64,000 nucleotides of DNA from Eledone cirrhosa (taxonomy: Eukaryota), in assembly GCA_964016885.1 (NCBI GenBank), contig OZ024743.1:154752001-154816000 (forward strand), in the 5' to 3' direction. Position numbers and translations under genes: made by a program. Under the pieces are notes generated by a model. That model did no database searches. It had not been told where the DNA came from and saw only the letters and a program-made list of their open reading frames with translations. Every line of letters starts with the position of its first letter. The stretch's first letter is position 1. Of this stretch, positions 63,151-64,000 are shown piece after piece.

Positions 63151-64000
63151 TTATATTATTTATACTCCAGTCCTACAAACTGTAGAGTGCTACTTATCCG
63201 ATATTTGCATTGCTTTATTGTGCTAAAGTAAAACTCACCTCCTACATATATATATATACACGCATACTTTCTGTAATCGATGGTGAAGAAGGGTTAAAGA
63301 TTTTTTGATCATGTTATGTGTAGTGGCTTGGGGTATATTTGGTGGCGAAAAACACAGTATATAATTTGTAATACTTTGTTAAGGGAATATGCAAATCCCA
63401 TTTCGTTGTCGAAGCATCCGCACCCCTTAGGATCATTGTGGTAAAGTTGACATTTATATTCTATCGTTCAGCTGATGCTGTAACTAGTAGATTCCTATTT
63501 CAACTTCCATAAATGGCTGGAGAACTTGGTCCTGTTTTCGGAATGACGCCACCTGATTGCTGTAACTTTTTTAAACTATTGTTCCGTAAGACCGATGTAC
63601 CACTTGAGATTGATAGTGCGTTGTGTTTGATGATTTCAATCTTGCCTTGTAGACTATATGGTGTCTGATATTCTCCCTCTAAACACATACATCTCTGATC
63701 TTACATTAACGTCCAGCTAGGTTGGTTAGTGATGGCTTAATGGTTATAATATATTTAATATTGAGCCTTGAGTTAAACTGACTTTTACGCTGTACCTAAG
63801 GAAGTGTGAGTGAGGATATACGCGTATATGTGCGCAACTGTATGTGTATGTATGTAAATACGTGTAGATACATGCGTGTGTGTTTATGTACGGATGCTGC
63901 ATGTTTGTGTGAGTGTATGTATTCATAAATATGTGTAAAGTTTTACGTAAAGTGACTTACCACCGCCAGTAATAGACATTCCAATGCATGAGGAACGGTC

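Noticed and set aside
63270-63700. Possible decayed Naiad RT on the minus strand (KIEIIKHNALSI)
   Set aside because: Too degraded; no catalytic motif identifiable by eye

Overview
AT-rich eukaryotic (animal) intergenic or intronic DNA. It is probably cephalopod/octopus, judged only from the recalled SINE family and the very long (TA)n/(CA)n microsatellites. I can support no host protein-coding exon. The window is a nest of mobile elements: (i) at least 8 decayed Penelope-like retroelements (PLEs; RT + GIY-YIG endonuclease) from several clades, including a near-intact Naiad-type ORF split by a SINE and a copy folded into a 4.4-kb inverted repeat; (ii) four decayed Helitron Rep-helicase regions; (iii) four tRNA-derived SINEs, an L1/Tx1-like LINE, an RTE LINE 3' end, an LTR remnant and a MITE-like element. 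The main non-obvious signal is about 20 type I hammerhead ribozyme (HHR) motifs on both strands, from at least 8 unrelated PLE pseudo-LTR families. Many have a palindromic stem III. Several share a non-canonical CCGANGA core, and several have long structured stem II insertions. Many sit in fold-back (palindromic) elements inserted in (TA)n tracts, giving self-complementary units with a ribozyme motif on each strand. All folds were derived by eye and none has been tested for cleavage; most boundaries are approximate.
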